From NCBI GenBank assembly GCA_963789395.1, contig CAWBKP010000004.1, positions 32,001 through 96,000 on the forward strand: DNA of 64,000 nt, given 5' to 3'. The translations under genes were made by a program, and so were the position numbers. Positions 35,307 through 48,718 of this stretch are shown one piece after another. How positions within the stretch are numbered: the stretch's first letter is position 1; every line of letters begins with the position of its first letter. This DNA comes from an uncultured delta proteobacterium. Its GTDB lineage: Bacteria > Desulfobacterota > Desulfobacteria > Desulfobacterales > Desulfatirhabdiaceae. The notes beneath the pieces are model-generated. The model saw only the letters and a list, made by a program, of their open reading frames with translations, was not told where the DNA came from and did no database searches.

Positions 35307-36689
35307 ATGAAACGCATAAAAATTCACAGCCTGCTTCAATCCAAAACCCCCCTGGATCCTGTCCGGATAAACGGGTGGGTCAGAACCCGCCGGGATGCCA
35401 GGGACTTTTCGTTTATTGAAGTCAATGACGGGTCCTGTCTGAAAAACATTCAGATCATCGCTCCCGGCAGTCTGCCCAATTACGACGAGATTCAGAAACT
35501 GACCACGGGTTCCGCCGTCGGCATCACCGGCAGCCTGGTTCCGTCACAGGGCAAAGGCCAGAGCTGGGAAATCACCGCAACCGGGATTTCAATCATCGGT
35601 CCGGCCCCGGAAACCTTTCCCCTCCAGAAAAAACGTCACAGCGATGAATATCTTCGCACCATCGCCCACCTCAGACCCCGAACCAACAAATACGGCGCGG
35701 TCTTTCGCATCCGCTCCGAACTGTCTTACGCCATCCACACGTTTTTCAGGGACCGGGGATTTCGCTACATCCATTCTCCCATCATCACCGGCTCGGACTG
35801 TGAGGGCGCCGGCGAAATGTTCCGGGTAACAACGCTGGATATCAAAAACCCGGATGTAACAGACAGGGGACTGGACGCCTCACGGGATTTTTTCGGGAAA
35901 GAAGCCAGCCTGACGGTCTCCGGACAGCTTTCCGCGGAAATGTTCGCGCTGGCCCTGGGGGATGTCTATACTTTCGGCCCGACCTTTCGCGCGGAAAATT
36001 CCAATACGCGTCGTCATGCCGCTGAATTCTGGATGCTGGAGCCGGAAATGGCTTTCTGCGATCTTTCCGGAAACATGGATCTTGGCGAGGAACTCATCCG
36101 GTATCTGATCCGCCATGTGCTTCGGGAATGCCCGGAAGATATGGCGCTTTTCGGAAATTTCGTGGACAAGACCCTGATGGAGACCCTGAATCACATCGTA
36201 TCTTCCGAATTTGTCCGCCTGCCGTATGGCGAAGCCGTGGAAATTCTGAAAGCCGCAACAGTGGCATTTGAATTTCCGGTGACATACGGCATTGATTTTC
36301 AATCCGAACACGAAAAATACCTGACGGAAACCCATTTCAAAAAACCGGTCATTCTCCATGACTACCCCAAAACCATCAAGCCGTTTTACATGCGGCTGAA
36401 TGCGGATCAGCAGACCGTAGCGGCCATGGATATTCTGGTTCCGGGTATCGGTGAGATCGTCGGCGGCAGTCAGCGGGAAGAGCGCCTGGATGCGCTGGAA
36501 GCCAGAATGGATGAAATGGGGCTTGTCCGGGAAAATTACTGGTGGTACCTGGATTCCAGGCGGTACGGATCGGTGCCGCACAGCGGATTTGGCATGGGAT
36601 TTGAGCGGCTGATCATGATGATCACCGGCATTACCAATATCCGCGATGTCATTCCGTTTCCCAGAACACCGGGGAATATCGATTTTTAA
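35307..36689 (+). CDS. asnS: Asparagine--tRNA ligase
   Basis: [53 protein letters not shown]. Confidence 0.97.
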   Translation: MKRIKIHSLLQSKTPLDPVRINGWVRTRRDARDFSFIEVNDGSCLKNIQIIAPGSLPNYDEIQKLTTGSAVGITGSLVPSQGKGQSWEITATGISIIGPAPETFPLQKKRHSDEYLRTIAHLRPRTNKYGAVFRIRSELSYAIHTFFRDRGFRYIHSPIITGSDCEGAGEMFRVTTLDIKNPDVTDRGLDASRDFFGKEASLTVSGQLSAEMFALALGDVYTFGPTFRAENSNTRRHAAEFWMLEPEMAFCDLSGNMDLGEELIRYLIRHVLRECPEDMALFGNFVDKTLMETLNHIVSSEFVRLPYGEAVEILKAATVAFEFPVTYGIDFQSEHEKYLTETHFKKPVILHDYPKTIKPFYMRLNADQQTVAAMDILVPGIGEIVGGSQREERLDALEARMDEMGLVRENYWWYLDSRRYGSVPHSGFGMGFERLIMMITGITNIRDVIPFPRTPGNIDF

Positions 36690-37360
36690 ACGGCTTCGTG
36701 CGTGCTTTTCATCGTGCGCAGCCGGGCCAGTTCCCAGATATAGTCGTAGAGGTGGAGTCCCTTGCTGGCGGCAATGATTTCGCCGTCCTCAACCCCGATT
36801 TCCTGGGCCATGTATTCCTTCAGCATTTGAATGGCCCCCAGGTTGGCGGGAAACCCGTTCCACAGATCCCAGGACCGGAAGTACACCATGAAATGAAGTT
36901 TTCCGTACCGGATGCGGGTGTCGATCCCCCGAAGGCAGGGCGGATCATTCAGCAGCAGGGCCTTCGGGTCTCCGACCGTCATGTAGGCCTGATTGGTGCC
37001 GTGTCCGTCCTGTCGGTACATGCGAATCACCTCGGCTATCTGGGGCTCAAGATATTCTCCGTAGGTATAGTCTTCATTGGGCTGTTTTTCCGCTGTCATC
37101 AGATACGGCAGATAGCTTTCAATATAGCCTTCCGCAACCGGGTTCGGGATGCACAGCGCCTCCGGAATGTCCGGGATCAGGGGCCTGGTTCCCGGATGTC
37201 TGATCTGGACCGTAATGTAGTCAAATTCAAGCCGCTCCTGACCTGCAAAGCTTCCCCGGTCAATCTGATAGCGGTGCCCCTTGTCTATAATCTCATAGAC
37301 GCACTGAAACCAGGCGTCCGGAATATCTCTGGCCTGAATGCTGGTGATGTTTAGAGTCAT
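36686..37360 (-). CDS. thyA: Short (archaeal-like) thymidylate synthase
   Basis: [28 protein letters not shown]; 224 aa. Confidence 0.8.
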   Translation of the reverse strand: MTLNITSIQARDIPDAWFQCVYEIIDKGHRYQIDRGSFAGQERLEFDYITVQIRHPGTRPLIPDIPEALCIPNPVAEGYIESYLPYLMTAEKQPNEDYTYGEYLEPQIAEVIRMYRQDGHGTNQAYMTVGDPKALLLNDPPCLRGIDTRIRYGKLHFMVYFRSWDLWNGFPANLGAIQMLKEYMAQEIGVEDGEIIAASKGLHLYDYIWELARLRTMKSTHEAV

Positions 37361-37363
37361 GAT

Positions 37364-39814
<2,451 letters not shown>

Positions 39815-39875
39815 TTAAGGCATCCATTGCCGTAATGCCGCTACTATCGGCTATCTTGCCGGAATGACCCATGTC

Positions 39876-40994
39876 CTATATTCTCATGGGCATGATCACG
39901 CAAACATAGCTCTTGTCCGTTTCCCCCTCGATTAAACAGGGGTTTTTATCATCGATAATACTGATTACAACCTGTTCCTCTTCAATCACGGAAAGTGACT
40001 CAATAAAATACCTGGGGTTAAACGCCACTTCTATGGGAATGTCGGGATAGTGAATAAACATTTCTTCCTTGGATTCCCCGATTTCCGGATTGGTTGAAGA
40101 AATAATCATTTTGTCTTCATTGAAATTGAAAATAACGCCTTTGTAATCTTCGGTTGAAAAAATGGACATGCGTTTGAGCATCATCATGAAAAGCTGCTTG
40201 TTCAGCGTAATCTGTCTGGCTTCCGATATGAAAAGAATATCGCTTACATCGGGAAACGTGCCGTTTAGCAGCTGAATACTGACGGTTTCCTGATGCTGTT
40301 TAATAAACAGCTTGTTGTCCAGGATACCGAGCGAAAGCGATCCCTGAGGAATAATGATTTTTGAAAGTTCGTTAAATCCTTTTTTCTGAACCAGTATCGT
40401 TTTATCCAGAACGATGGCGGATTCATTGATGCAGGGATAATCCACCTTGGCCAGGCGGTTTCCGTCTGTTGAAATGATTCTCAGCCAGTTGTCGCCTTCT
40501 TTTTGAATCGTCTCCAGGCAGACCCCCAGAACATGCGGCCGTTTGTCTTCGACAGAAGCCGTCATCATGGCGGTTTTATCAATCATTTTCTTAAAATAGC
40601 GCGCTTCCATCTCGATAAAAGGAATATTTTCAATTTCCGGAACTTCCGGAAAGGAAGCCGGATTCATTCCCACAATATGATATTGAACATTATAATTGCC
40701 TATTTCTATCCAGAAATTATCGACTTCATTCACAAGAATGTCTTCTGTTGGAAAATCCCTGACAATTTCATACAATTTTCTGGCGTTTATGGCAATTGCG
40801 CCTTCCGATTCCACTTCAGCCGGATAAAAACCGATAAATCCGGTTTCATAATCGGTGACATATATTTTCAGGCCGTCCTCAAGCGCTTTTATCAGCACAC
40901 AGGATATGATGGCATTGCTTGATTTTTTTCCGGCAATTCCCTGAATTTTTGACAGCGTATCCAGAATTTTTGATTTTTTCAGTGTGAATTTCAT
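39876..40994 (-). CDS. dnaN: DNA polymerase III beta clamp
   Basis: 372 aa; STDGNRLA, GTFPD, AFNPRY, VIMPMRI. Confidence 0.95.
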   Translation of the reverse strand: MKFTLKKSKILDTLSKIQGIAGKKSSNAIISCVLIKALEDGLKIYVTDYETGFIGFYPAEVESEGAIAINARKLYEIVRDFPTEDILVNEVDNFWIEIGNYNVQYHIVGMNPASFPEVPEIENIPFIEMEARYFKKMIDKTAMMTASVEDKRPHVLGVCLETIQKEGDNWLRIISTDGNRLAKVDYPCINESAIVLDKTILVQKKGFNELSKIIIPQGSLSLGILDNKLFIKQHQETVSIQLLNGTFPDVSDILFISEARQITLNKQLFMMMLKRMSIFSTEDYKGVIFNFNEDKMIISSTNPEIGESKEEMFIHYPDIPIEVAFNPRYFIESLSVIEEEQVVISIIDDKNPCLIEGETDKSYVCVIMPMRI

Positions 40995-41114
40995 TGAATA
41001 AACCTTTCTTGGCTGTTGATGTCTTTAATAACGCTTTCAGACACCGCTGTATAACCCCTTGGCATTAATACTGTTCGGAAAATGTATGAATAAACCCGGA
41101 CGAGAAACATGTGA

Positions 41115-41639
41115 TTACTGCAGTATCCATTTTTTTATCCGGGGAACAACCCGATCATTCCATTCAGTGGACAGTCTTATTTTTACATACTGGACATATA
41201 CGGCATCCAGCCAGCCCATTATTTTATCATACAAAAAATACTTTTCCAGCAAAGCGCCTTCAATGTCATCTTTTTTTTCAATCTGGCCGGTTTCCGGCAG
41301 CCTCAGGTTGCTGATATCCAGGCTTTCTCCTTTCAAGGTAAGCTGCCACTCATTTTCTTCCTCCGCAACCCGCAGATGAATTTCCGTGACCAGCGCCCCT
41401 TTTTTAAGCGCCAGAACGCCTTCTTCCAGTCCGGCATCATCGCCCTTGATGGTAATGGTTTCCAAGGCGTCATGAACCATGTTTTGCAGCACGATCCGGT
41501 TGCCGATGGTAAAATTGACGTTTTCCCGGATAACATGGTTCAACTGGGCAGGATCATGCTCGATAACAAACCACATCCATGTCAGAAATTCATGTCCCAC
41601 GAATTTATAGCGGTTATACGCAACGGAAATATCTAACAA
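41115..41639 (-). CDS. Conserved hypothetical protein (RdgC-associated)
   Basis: FVGHEFLTWMWF motif; immediately downstream of the RdgC-like gene. Confidence 0.6.
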   Translation of the reverse strand: MLDISVAYNRYKFVGHEFLTWMWFVIEHDPAQLNHVIRENVNFTIGNRIVLQNMVHDALETITIKGDDAGLEEGVLALKKGALVTEIHLRVAEEENEWQLTLKGESLDISNLRLPETGQIEKKDDIEGALLEKYFLYDKIMGWLDAVYVQYVKIRLSTEWNDRVVPRIKKWILQ

Positions 41640-41642
41640 TAA

Positions 41643-42251
41643 TCACTCCATAAAATGAGTTGGTGTCAGTCTGTTCAGCACATCTTTCTCTAAATCCGAA
41701 AGAAATTCCATGGCAGCGGTATAGGGAAAACGGCGCACAAGATTCAGCTTGAACGTTTTGTTAAAAAAAACTTCAAATGTTTCATTGGCTGTTTTCTGGG
41801 TAGAAAAAAACCAGAGACTGGATTTTTCATAATTCCAGAGAACATCATATACATTCGGCGTTGCCGGTATTCGCAGTGACAGACCGCGAATGACATCTTC
41901 CTTTATTTGTTTTTTTTCATTTCGCGATAAAAATTCCTTGCCGCTTTCCTTCAGCCGTTTTGAAATTTCCTGACGATATCGTTTGGTCACCACTTTCGAA
42001 GGAATTGCCTTTTTATCCATTCGAAATGAAAAAATGAATTGTGTTCCCATCACAAATGTCGAACCTGTGAAATCCGGGGTAAACGGATCTTCATAAGACG
42101 TCCATCCCGCGGATTGATCCACGTCCTCATCGTCTATTTCAACAATTGCATTCTGGGTAAGAAGCCGGCCCAAGGTGTCCATTAAGGGATCAGCCAGTTG
42201 ACCCAGCACCTGATAGCGCGTTATAGAAACACTTGAAGATAAAAGTCCCAT
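41643..42251 (-). CDS. RdgC-like recombination-associated protein
   Basis: MGLLSSSVSITRY, SAGW, FRMDKKAIPS, KKQIKE, F..TF.L. Confidence 0.65.
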   Translation of the reverse strand: MGLLSSSVSITRYQVLGQLADPLMDTLGRLLTQNAIVEIDDEDVDQSAGWTSYEDPFTPDFTGSTFVMGTQFIFSFRMDKKAIPSKVVTKRYRQEISKRLKESGKEFLSRNEKKQIKEDVIRGLSLRIPATPNVYDVLWNYEKSSLWFFSTQKTANETFEVFFNKTFKLNLVRRFPYTAAMEFLSDLEKDVLNRLTPTHFME

Positions 42252-42369
42252 GGTTTTCCATAATGAAGGTAGGTTATATGAATTTTTCATTCTATCCGTT
42301 TTAGTCAGTGGTTACAAGTTCTATTTATTTACGGATACCAGACCGCCTTTGCGGGAGAACACCGGCTGT

Positions 42370-42570
42370 CCTTTTTATAGGATCTTCTCTTTTATTTTTT
42401 AAAAAGAACAACAGTAATAATACCCTTCCTATTGTGTTGAAAACTTTATATCATATTATAATAATTACTGATATATTGTATTTGCATTGTTCAAAACATG
42501 GATGAAACAACAGGCTTGTTTGAACAGGCTTTCACGGGTTGTTCATAACGGTCATTTTTGTTAACAAGCG
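42370..42570. other. Candidate chromosomal replication origin (oriC)
   Basis: AT-rich; variant boxes at 42435-43, 42488-96, 42518-26, 42540-48, 42558-67; trio-like tract; upstream of dnaN-gyrB. Confidence 0.55.
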
Positions 42571-42592
42571 GTCAGCAGATAGCGGGAAATTG

Positions 42593-43858
42593 ATGAAATT
42601 TATTGCCGATTTACATGTTCACTCGCGGTTTTCACGGGCAACAGCCAGAAACCTGGATATAGAGCTTTTGTATATGGCAGCCCAACTGAAAGGAATAACC
42701 GTTGTCGCCACAGGTGACATTACCCATCCAAAATGGTTTGCGGAAATCAGCGAAAAACTTGAACCGGCTGAACCGGGTTTGTATCGACTGAATAAAGACA
42801 GTGAAAAAAACTGTGATAAACAGGTTCCGCTATCCTGCCGCGGGGCGGTCAGGTTTATGTTGAATTCAGAAATAAGCTGTATTTATAAAAAAAAGGGAAA
42901 AACACGGAAAAACCACAATCTGGTTTTTTTTCCGGATCTGGCGGTTGCCGAATCCTTTAACCGGAAACTGGCGGAAATCGGAAATATCGTTTCGGACGGC
43001 AGGCCCATATTGGGCATGGATGCCAGAAACCTTCTTGAAATGCTTCTTGAAACCAGTGATCAGGCATTTCTGGTTCCCGCCCATATATGGACCCCCTGGT
43101 TTTCGCTTCTGGGATCCAAATCAGGTTTTGACTCCCTGAAAGACTGTTTTGAGGATCTGAGCCAGTATGTTTTTGCGGTTGAAACCGGACTTTCTTCAAA
43201 TCCCGATATGAACCGGCGGGTATCCTTTCTGGACGGGCTGACCCTGATATCCAATTCAGATGCCCATTCACCCGATAAACTGGGGAGGGAAGCCAATATT
43301 TTCAATACCGAACTGTCCTATTTCGACATAATAAACTCACTGAAGGACAGAGAGTCGCGGACATTTTTGGGAACATACGAATTTTATCCCGAGGAAGGAA
43401 AATATTTTTTTGACGGTCATCGGAGCTGCGGCATATGTTTCAGTCCGCAACTGAGCCAGAGCAGCGGCGGAATTTGTCCGGTTTGCGGCAAACCCCTTAC
43501 AATAGGGGTTATGAACCGGGTTGAAGAATTATGTGACAGAAGAGAAGGTGAAAAACCGCTGGATACCCCGCCATTTTATTCAATCATTCCCCTGAAGGAA
43601 ATGTTATCGGAAATTTTGCAAGTCGGCAGCGGTTCCATAAACGTGATGCGTCACTATCAGCAGGCGCTTCAGGTTCTGGGTCCGGAATTGGCCATCCTGG
43701 ATTCAATTGATTTATCGGAGATTGAAGCCGCCGGCATGCCGATGCTGAAAGAAGCGGTTAAAAGAATGCGCGAAGGCAGGATAAAAATTGCTCCGGGGTA
43801 TGATGGTGAATTTGGGAAAATCAAAATTTTTACGGAAGACGAAACGAAACAGTTCTAA
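42593..43858 (+). CDS. Endonuclease Q-family PHP-domain protein
   Basis: ADLHVHSRFSRAT, PAHIWTPWFS, ETGLS, SNSDAHS, EEGKY..DGHRSC..CPVCG, PGYDGEFG. Confidence 0.85.
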   Translation: MKFIADLHVHSRFSRATARNLDIELLYMAAQLKGITVVATGDITHPKWFAEISEKLEPAEPGLYRLNKDSEKNCDKQVPLSCRGAVRFMLNSEISCIYKKKGKTRKNHNLVFFPDLAVAESFNRKLAEIGNIVSDGRPILGMDARNLLEMLLETSDQAFLVPAHIWTPWFSLLGSKSGFDSLKDCFEDLSQYVFAVETGLSSNPDMNRRVSFLDGLTLISNSDAHSPDKLGREANIFNTELSYFDIINSLKDRESRTFLGTYEFYPEEGKYFFDGHRSCGICFSPQLSQSSGGICPVCGKPLTIGVMNRVEELCDRREGEKPLDTPPFYSIIPLKEMLSEILQVGSGSINVMRHYQQALQVLGPELAILDSIDLSEIEAAGMPMLKEAVKRMREGRIKIAPGYDGEFGKIKIFTEDETKQF

Positions 43859-44076
43859 ATCAAAAACAAAAAAGGATTTTCCACCCAAACCCCACCACGA
43901 CGCCCCCAAATTGAAAAAGACAGGAGTTGTTTGACTTTTTACGAAAATATAAGTATTTATGCTCCAATAAGAGTAAGGTCCATTTTGGAATTTTATCTAA
44001 AACACAAAAAAAGTCTATAATAAAAACAGGTTATATAATAATAACATATTTTCTGTTTTTTTTTGTTATTGCGGAA

Positions 44077-44473
44077 ATGATAGAAGAAAACGTTATTAAG
44101 CACAATTGATCTTGAAAACGGGCTATCAATTTCAATTTTTGATGAATCAAAAAAAATTGCAGCAGACAGATGGCAGGTCAACGTGACGGCCAGAATGATA
44201 ATTGTGACGGATAAAGTGCAGTTTACCCGAATGGATCCGGAAAAAAGACTTGAAATATTACAGGTAGTCGGCGAACAGATTCATTATGAAAAAAAACTCA
44301 CGCGTAATTTTGTTGATGAGAAACATAAGGAGGAAATAATTAAAGCCCTGTATGAATCGTTTTTGCAAATTACCAGGCCGTATTTTTCTCACAGTCAGTT
44401 TGCAGAACGATTTGTTCTTAAATCCTACGCCGATTCTCTGGAAAAACGCAAATGGGTGAAAAGCTGGATGTAA
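44077..44473 (+). CDS. Hypothetical protein (frameshift ~44100)
   Basis: IDLENGL..IFDESKKIAADRWQV...RNFV..YFSH..FA. Confidence 0.55.
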
Positions 44474-44495
44474 CCTGTTAGCGAAAGGAGAAATA

Positions 44496-45125
44496 ATGAA
44501 ATATATACAGAAAAATAGTTGGATAAGGTTATTATATACAGTTTTTACAATATTCATTTTTATTCCCTCTGCCGGCGCCGATATATACATGTTCAAAGAC
44601 ACCAGTGGCGTTCGTCATTTTACAAATGTTCCCGCGTCTCCGAAATATCGTCTGTACCTGAAAAGTACCCCCAACAAATATTTTGAATCCAGCCTGGGGG
44701 AGAAATTCTCTACAAACATCGATCCCGATCAATATGATCAACTCATCCTGAAAGCGTCCATCACGCATGATGTTGACTTTTCGTTGTTGAAATCCATTAT
44801 CAAGGTGGAATCCAATTTTGATTGTTTCGCGGTTTCCCAGAAAGGGGCAAAAGGACTGATGCAGATCATGCCGCAGAATTTTTCATTTCTGAATATCAGA
44901 AATCCCTTTGATCCCGAGCAGAATATCATGGGCGGAGCGCTTTATTTCAAACAAATGCTTGAAAAATTCAACAAAATAGAATTGGCGCTTGCCGCCTACA
45001 ATGCCGGACCCAACACCGTAGACAAGTATAACGGCATTCCACCGATTTCGGAAACAAAAGGATATGTCAAGCGGGTGATGTCCCATTACAAAAACATGTC
45101 CGGCAGCAAAAAGAAGTCGGTATAG
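44496..45125 (+). CDS. SLT lytic transglycosylase with N-terminal DUF4124-like domain
   Basis: DIYMFKDTSGVRHFTNVP; VESNF, GAKGLMQIMP, AAYNAGP, ETKGYV. Confidence 0.88.
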   Translation: MKYIQKNSWIRLLYTVFTIFIFIPSAGADIYMFKDTSGVRHFTNVPASPKYRLYLKSTPNKYFESSLGEKFSTNIDPDQYDQLILKASITHDVDFSLLKSIIKVESNFDCFAVSQKGAKGLMQIMPQNFSFLNIRNPFDPEQNIMGGALYFKQMLEKFNKIELALAAYNAGPNTVDKYNGIPPISETKGYVKRVMSHYKNMSGSKKKSV

Positions 45126-45178
45126 AAGGGAGTGGGGGTTTATTGACGGCATGATTGTGGTAAGAATGATATGGCAAG

Positions 45179-47210
45179 ATGAAACAAGATGAAAAAACCG
45201 CTTTCCAACACTGGCTTCTGTCAGATCCGCTCCTGAAGCCTTACCAGCCCATACTCTTCCGCCGGTTTAATCAGCGCCTGGAAAAAAAAAAGAAATCATA
45301 AAAAATCACGGATCTCTTTATGATTTCTCCGCTTCCCACACCTGTTTTGGTCTTCACCATGAAAAAGACAACTGGGTTTTCCGGGAATGGGCACCGGCGG
45401 CAACTCAACTTTTTTTTATCGGTGATCTAACGCGGATGGGCGGAAAAAAAAGAATTTCAGCTTGCCCGAATCCGTCCGGAAGGAATATGGGAACTCCATA
45501 TTCCACGGGAAAGACTCCATCACGGAGAGTTATACCGGCTTCGGGTTCACTGGCAAGACGGAAACGGCGATCGCATCCCCTCCCATGCCGTCAGGGTTGT
45601 TCAGGATCCGGCCACGCTGATTTTTAATGCCCAGGTCTGGGAACCGGAAACGCGCTACCACTGGAAAACACCCAAGACAGAAAACAAAGACCCCCTGCTG
45701 ATTTATGAAGCCCATGTGGGAATGGCCCAGGATGCGGAAAAAGTCGGCTCGTTCAGGGAATTTACCGACAACATTATCCCGAGAATTGCCAAAGCCGGCT
45801 ACAATACCATTCAGTTGATGGCCATTCAGGAACATCCCTATTACGGATCATTCGGATATCAGGTCTCCAGTTTTTTTGCCGTGTCTTCCCGGTTCGGGAC
45901 ACCGGATGAGTTTAAGGAGCTGATTGATACGGCGCATGGCGTGGGGCCTGAAGGTCATCATGGATTTGATTCATTCCCATGCGGTCATGAACGAGGTGGA
46001 AGGCCTCAGTCGTTTTGACGGCTCCTTATACCAGTATTTTCACGACGGCCCCAAAGGGTTTCACCCTGCCTGGAATTCCCGATGCTTTGATTACCGGAAA
46101 ACGGAAGTTCTGTCGTTTCTGCTGTCCAACTGCCGGTTCTGGCTGGAAGAATATCGACTGGACGGATTTCGTTTTGATGGGGTAACCAGCATGATATATG
46201 ATCACCATGGTCTGGGCAAGGCATTTACCGGGTATCCCGACTATTTCGATGAAACGGTGGATGAAGATGCACTGAGCTATCTTTGGCTGGCAAACGCGCT
46301 GATTCATGATATCAATCCCGATGCCGTCACCATCGCGGAAGAAGTCAGCGGGATGCCCGGGCTTGCGGTACCGGTGTCAGCAGGCGGCATCGGATTTGAC
46401 TATCGGTTTGCAATGGGTATCCCCGATTACTGGATACGGCTCACAAAGGAGTATCCGGATGAAGCCTGGCCGATCGGCCAGTTATGGTTTGAGTTGACCA
46501 ACCGCAGGCAGGATGAAAAAACCATCAGCTATGCGGAATCTCACGATCAGGCGCTGGTGGGAGACCAGACCCTGATTTTCAGGCTGGCGGGTTCGGACAT
46601 GTATGGCGCAATGTCCAGAAACCACAAGGACGATCTCCGGGTGGACCGGGGCATGGCCATTCACCGACTGATCCGCTTCATAACGCTGATTACCGCGGGC
46701 AGCGGGTATCTGAATTTCATGGGAAATGAATTCGGACATCCGGAGTGGATTGATTTTCCCCGTGAAGGAAACAACTGGTCCTACCGGTTTGCCAGACGCC
46801 AGTGGCATCTGGTGGATGACCCGGAGTTGCGATATCACTTTCTGGCCTGTTTTGACCGGGAAATGATCGCCCTGGCCAAGGCCTTCCGGCTGCTTGAAGC
46901 TTCTCACATAAGGCTTTGTTATGAGCACAACGATGATAAAGTCATGGCGATTGCGCGGGCCGGCCTGCTTTTTGTGTTCAATTTTCATCCCCAGCGCTCG
47001 TTCAGTGACTACCCTATCCCGTTTATGCCCGGAAAATATCAGATGATATTTAACAGCGATTTACGCGAATTCGGCGGACATGACCGGTTACAGCCCGGCC
47101 AGGTGCATTTTGCCCGGCAGCAATCCGCAAGTGGCGGGGCATCTCATTTCATCAGCCTGTATTTACCTTCCAGAACCGCCCTGGTGCTTCAAAGCGTTGA
47201 TACGCGCTAA
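45179..47210 (+). CDS. glgB: 1,4-alpha-glucan branching enzyme (frameshifted N-half)
   Basis: FREWAP, IYEAHVGM, MAIQEHPYYGSFGY, DGFRFDGVTSM, AEEVSG, YAESHDQ, FMGNEFGHPEWIDFPR. Confidence 0.92.
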
Positions 47211-47287
47211 AATCTTTTCTTGTCGGGACCGGCGAACCGGACCGAAAAAACCTTTCAGAAAACGGATAAAATAAAACGGGAGACAAC

Positions 47288-48322
47288 ATGAAAATAGGCA
47301 TTATCGGCTGTCCGGGATCAGGGAAAACCACGGTTTTTGAAGCCCTGACCCGAAGCCTTTCGCAACCGGCCGGAAAAGCGGAACCGCGAATCGGAACCCT
47401 TCAGGTTCCGGATGCGCGGGTGGATGCATTGCACCGGATGTATCTGCCGCGCAAAACCATTTATGCACAGATCGAATATTTTCTGCCCGGAAAATCGCCT
47501 GCCAAAAAAGATGCCGGAAAAGAACAGAGCGCGTGGTCCCAGGTGCGGGACTGCGATGCGATTATTCTGGTTATCCGGAATTTCACGGGCATGGGCGGAG
47601 AACTTCCCCGGCAGGTGTTCGAATTTCAAAGTATCAACCAGGAGTTGATGCTTTCCGATCAGGTTGTTGTGGAAAAACGTCTGGAACGCCTGGAAACCGA
47701 TAAAAAACGCGGCAAGAAAACCGACATGGAAGAGCTGACCCTGATCACGCAATGCCTGAAACACCTGGAAAATGAAATCCCGCTGCGAAAAATACCGGAG
47801 CTGGCCGAAGCGCCGGCATTAAGGGGGTTTGCATTCATGTCCGCCAAGCCCATGATGGTCTTGTTCAACAACGCCGATGACGACGATGCCATGCCGGATC
47901 TTCCCGGGGTGGTTTCAGCGGAACAGTGCATGGTCATCAAGGCAAAGCTGGAGCAGGAACTGATTCGCATGTCGGAAGAAGAAGCCAGGGAATTTCTGGC
48001 GGAATTCAATATCGAGGCATCGGCAATGGATCGCGTGATTCAGATGTCCTACAGCCTGCTGGGGCTGATGTCTTTTTTTACCGTCGGCGAAGACGAAGTC
48101 CGGGCCTGGACCATACATCGGGGAACATCGGCTCTGGATGCAGCCGAAGTCATTCATTCCGATATCAAAAAAGGGTTCATTCGCGCGGAAACCATCTCAT
48201 ATACGGATTTGATGGCTGCCGGAAACCAGGCAGAGGCCCGCAAACGCGGAACATTTCGACTGGAAGGAAAAACCTATGTGGTTCAGGATGGGGACATTAT
48301 CAATTTCCGGTTCAATGTCTGA
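47288..48322 (+). CDS. YchF-like ATPase paralog (DUF933/TGS C-terminus)
   Basis: GSGKTT, VPDARV, FFTVGEDEVRAW, IHSDIKKGFIRAE, EGKTYVVQDGDII.FRFNV. Confidence 0.85.
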   Translation: MKIGIIGCPGSGKTTVFEALTRSLSQPAGKAEPRIGTLQVPDARVDALHRMYLPRKTIYAQIEYFLPGKSPAKKDAGKEQSAWSQVRDCDAIILVIRNFTGMGGELPRQVFEFQSINQELMLSDQVVVEKRLERLETDKKRGKKTDMEELTLITQCLKHLENEIPLRKIPELAEAPALRGFAFMSAKPMMVLFNNADDDDAMPDLPGVVSAEQCMVIKAKLEQELIRMSEEEAREFLAEFNIEASAMDRVIQMSYSLLGLMSFFTVGEDEVRAWTIHRGTSALDAAEVIHSDIKKGFIRAETISYTDLMAAGNQAEARKRGTFRLEGKTYVVQDGDIINFRFNV

Positions 48323-48692
48323 ACAGCCAGGGGATCAGCCCCAGGCGTCACTCACCTGGTGGATACTGGACGCAAATACCCTTCCATTTAAAAGCAGTTC
48401 AAAAACATGAATCGCCTAATAAACATACAATAACAACAGGTTAATCTCTCAATAAAAGAAGGTGAAGCGAGAAGTTCATTTTTTTGAACCTGCCTGAAAA
48501 CGGTATTACATGAGAAATCAGAAAGTTAAAAAAAATCGAAAAAAACCGGGTTTATGGTTTTGAACATTTCCGGTTGTCCGTGCCCTGCCGGCAACCCCCG
48601 TTTTGAAAAGCGCGGTTTTTTGATAAAAATAACCAACTGATTTTTATGAGAAAAACAAAATAGAATAAAAATATTTCCAAAATATCCGTTTT

Positions 48693-48708
48693 TGGCAAAG
48701 AGTTTGCA
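48693..48708 (+). promoter_or_regulatory. Sigma54 (-24/-12) promoter with upstream IHF-like sites
   Basis: TGGCAAAGAGTTTGCA; WATCARNNNNTTR matches at 48516-48528 (+) and 48630-48642 (-). Confidence 0.7.
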
Positions 48709-48718
48709 TTACCTCAAG

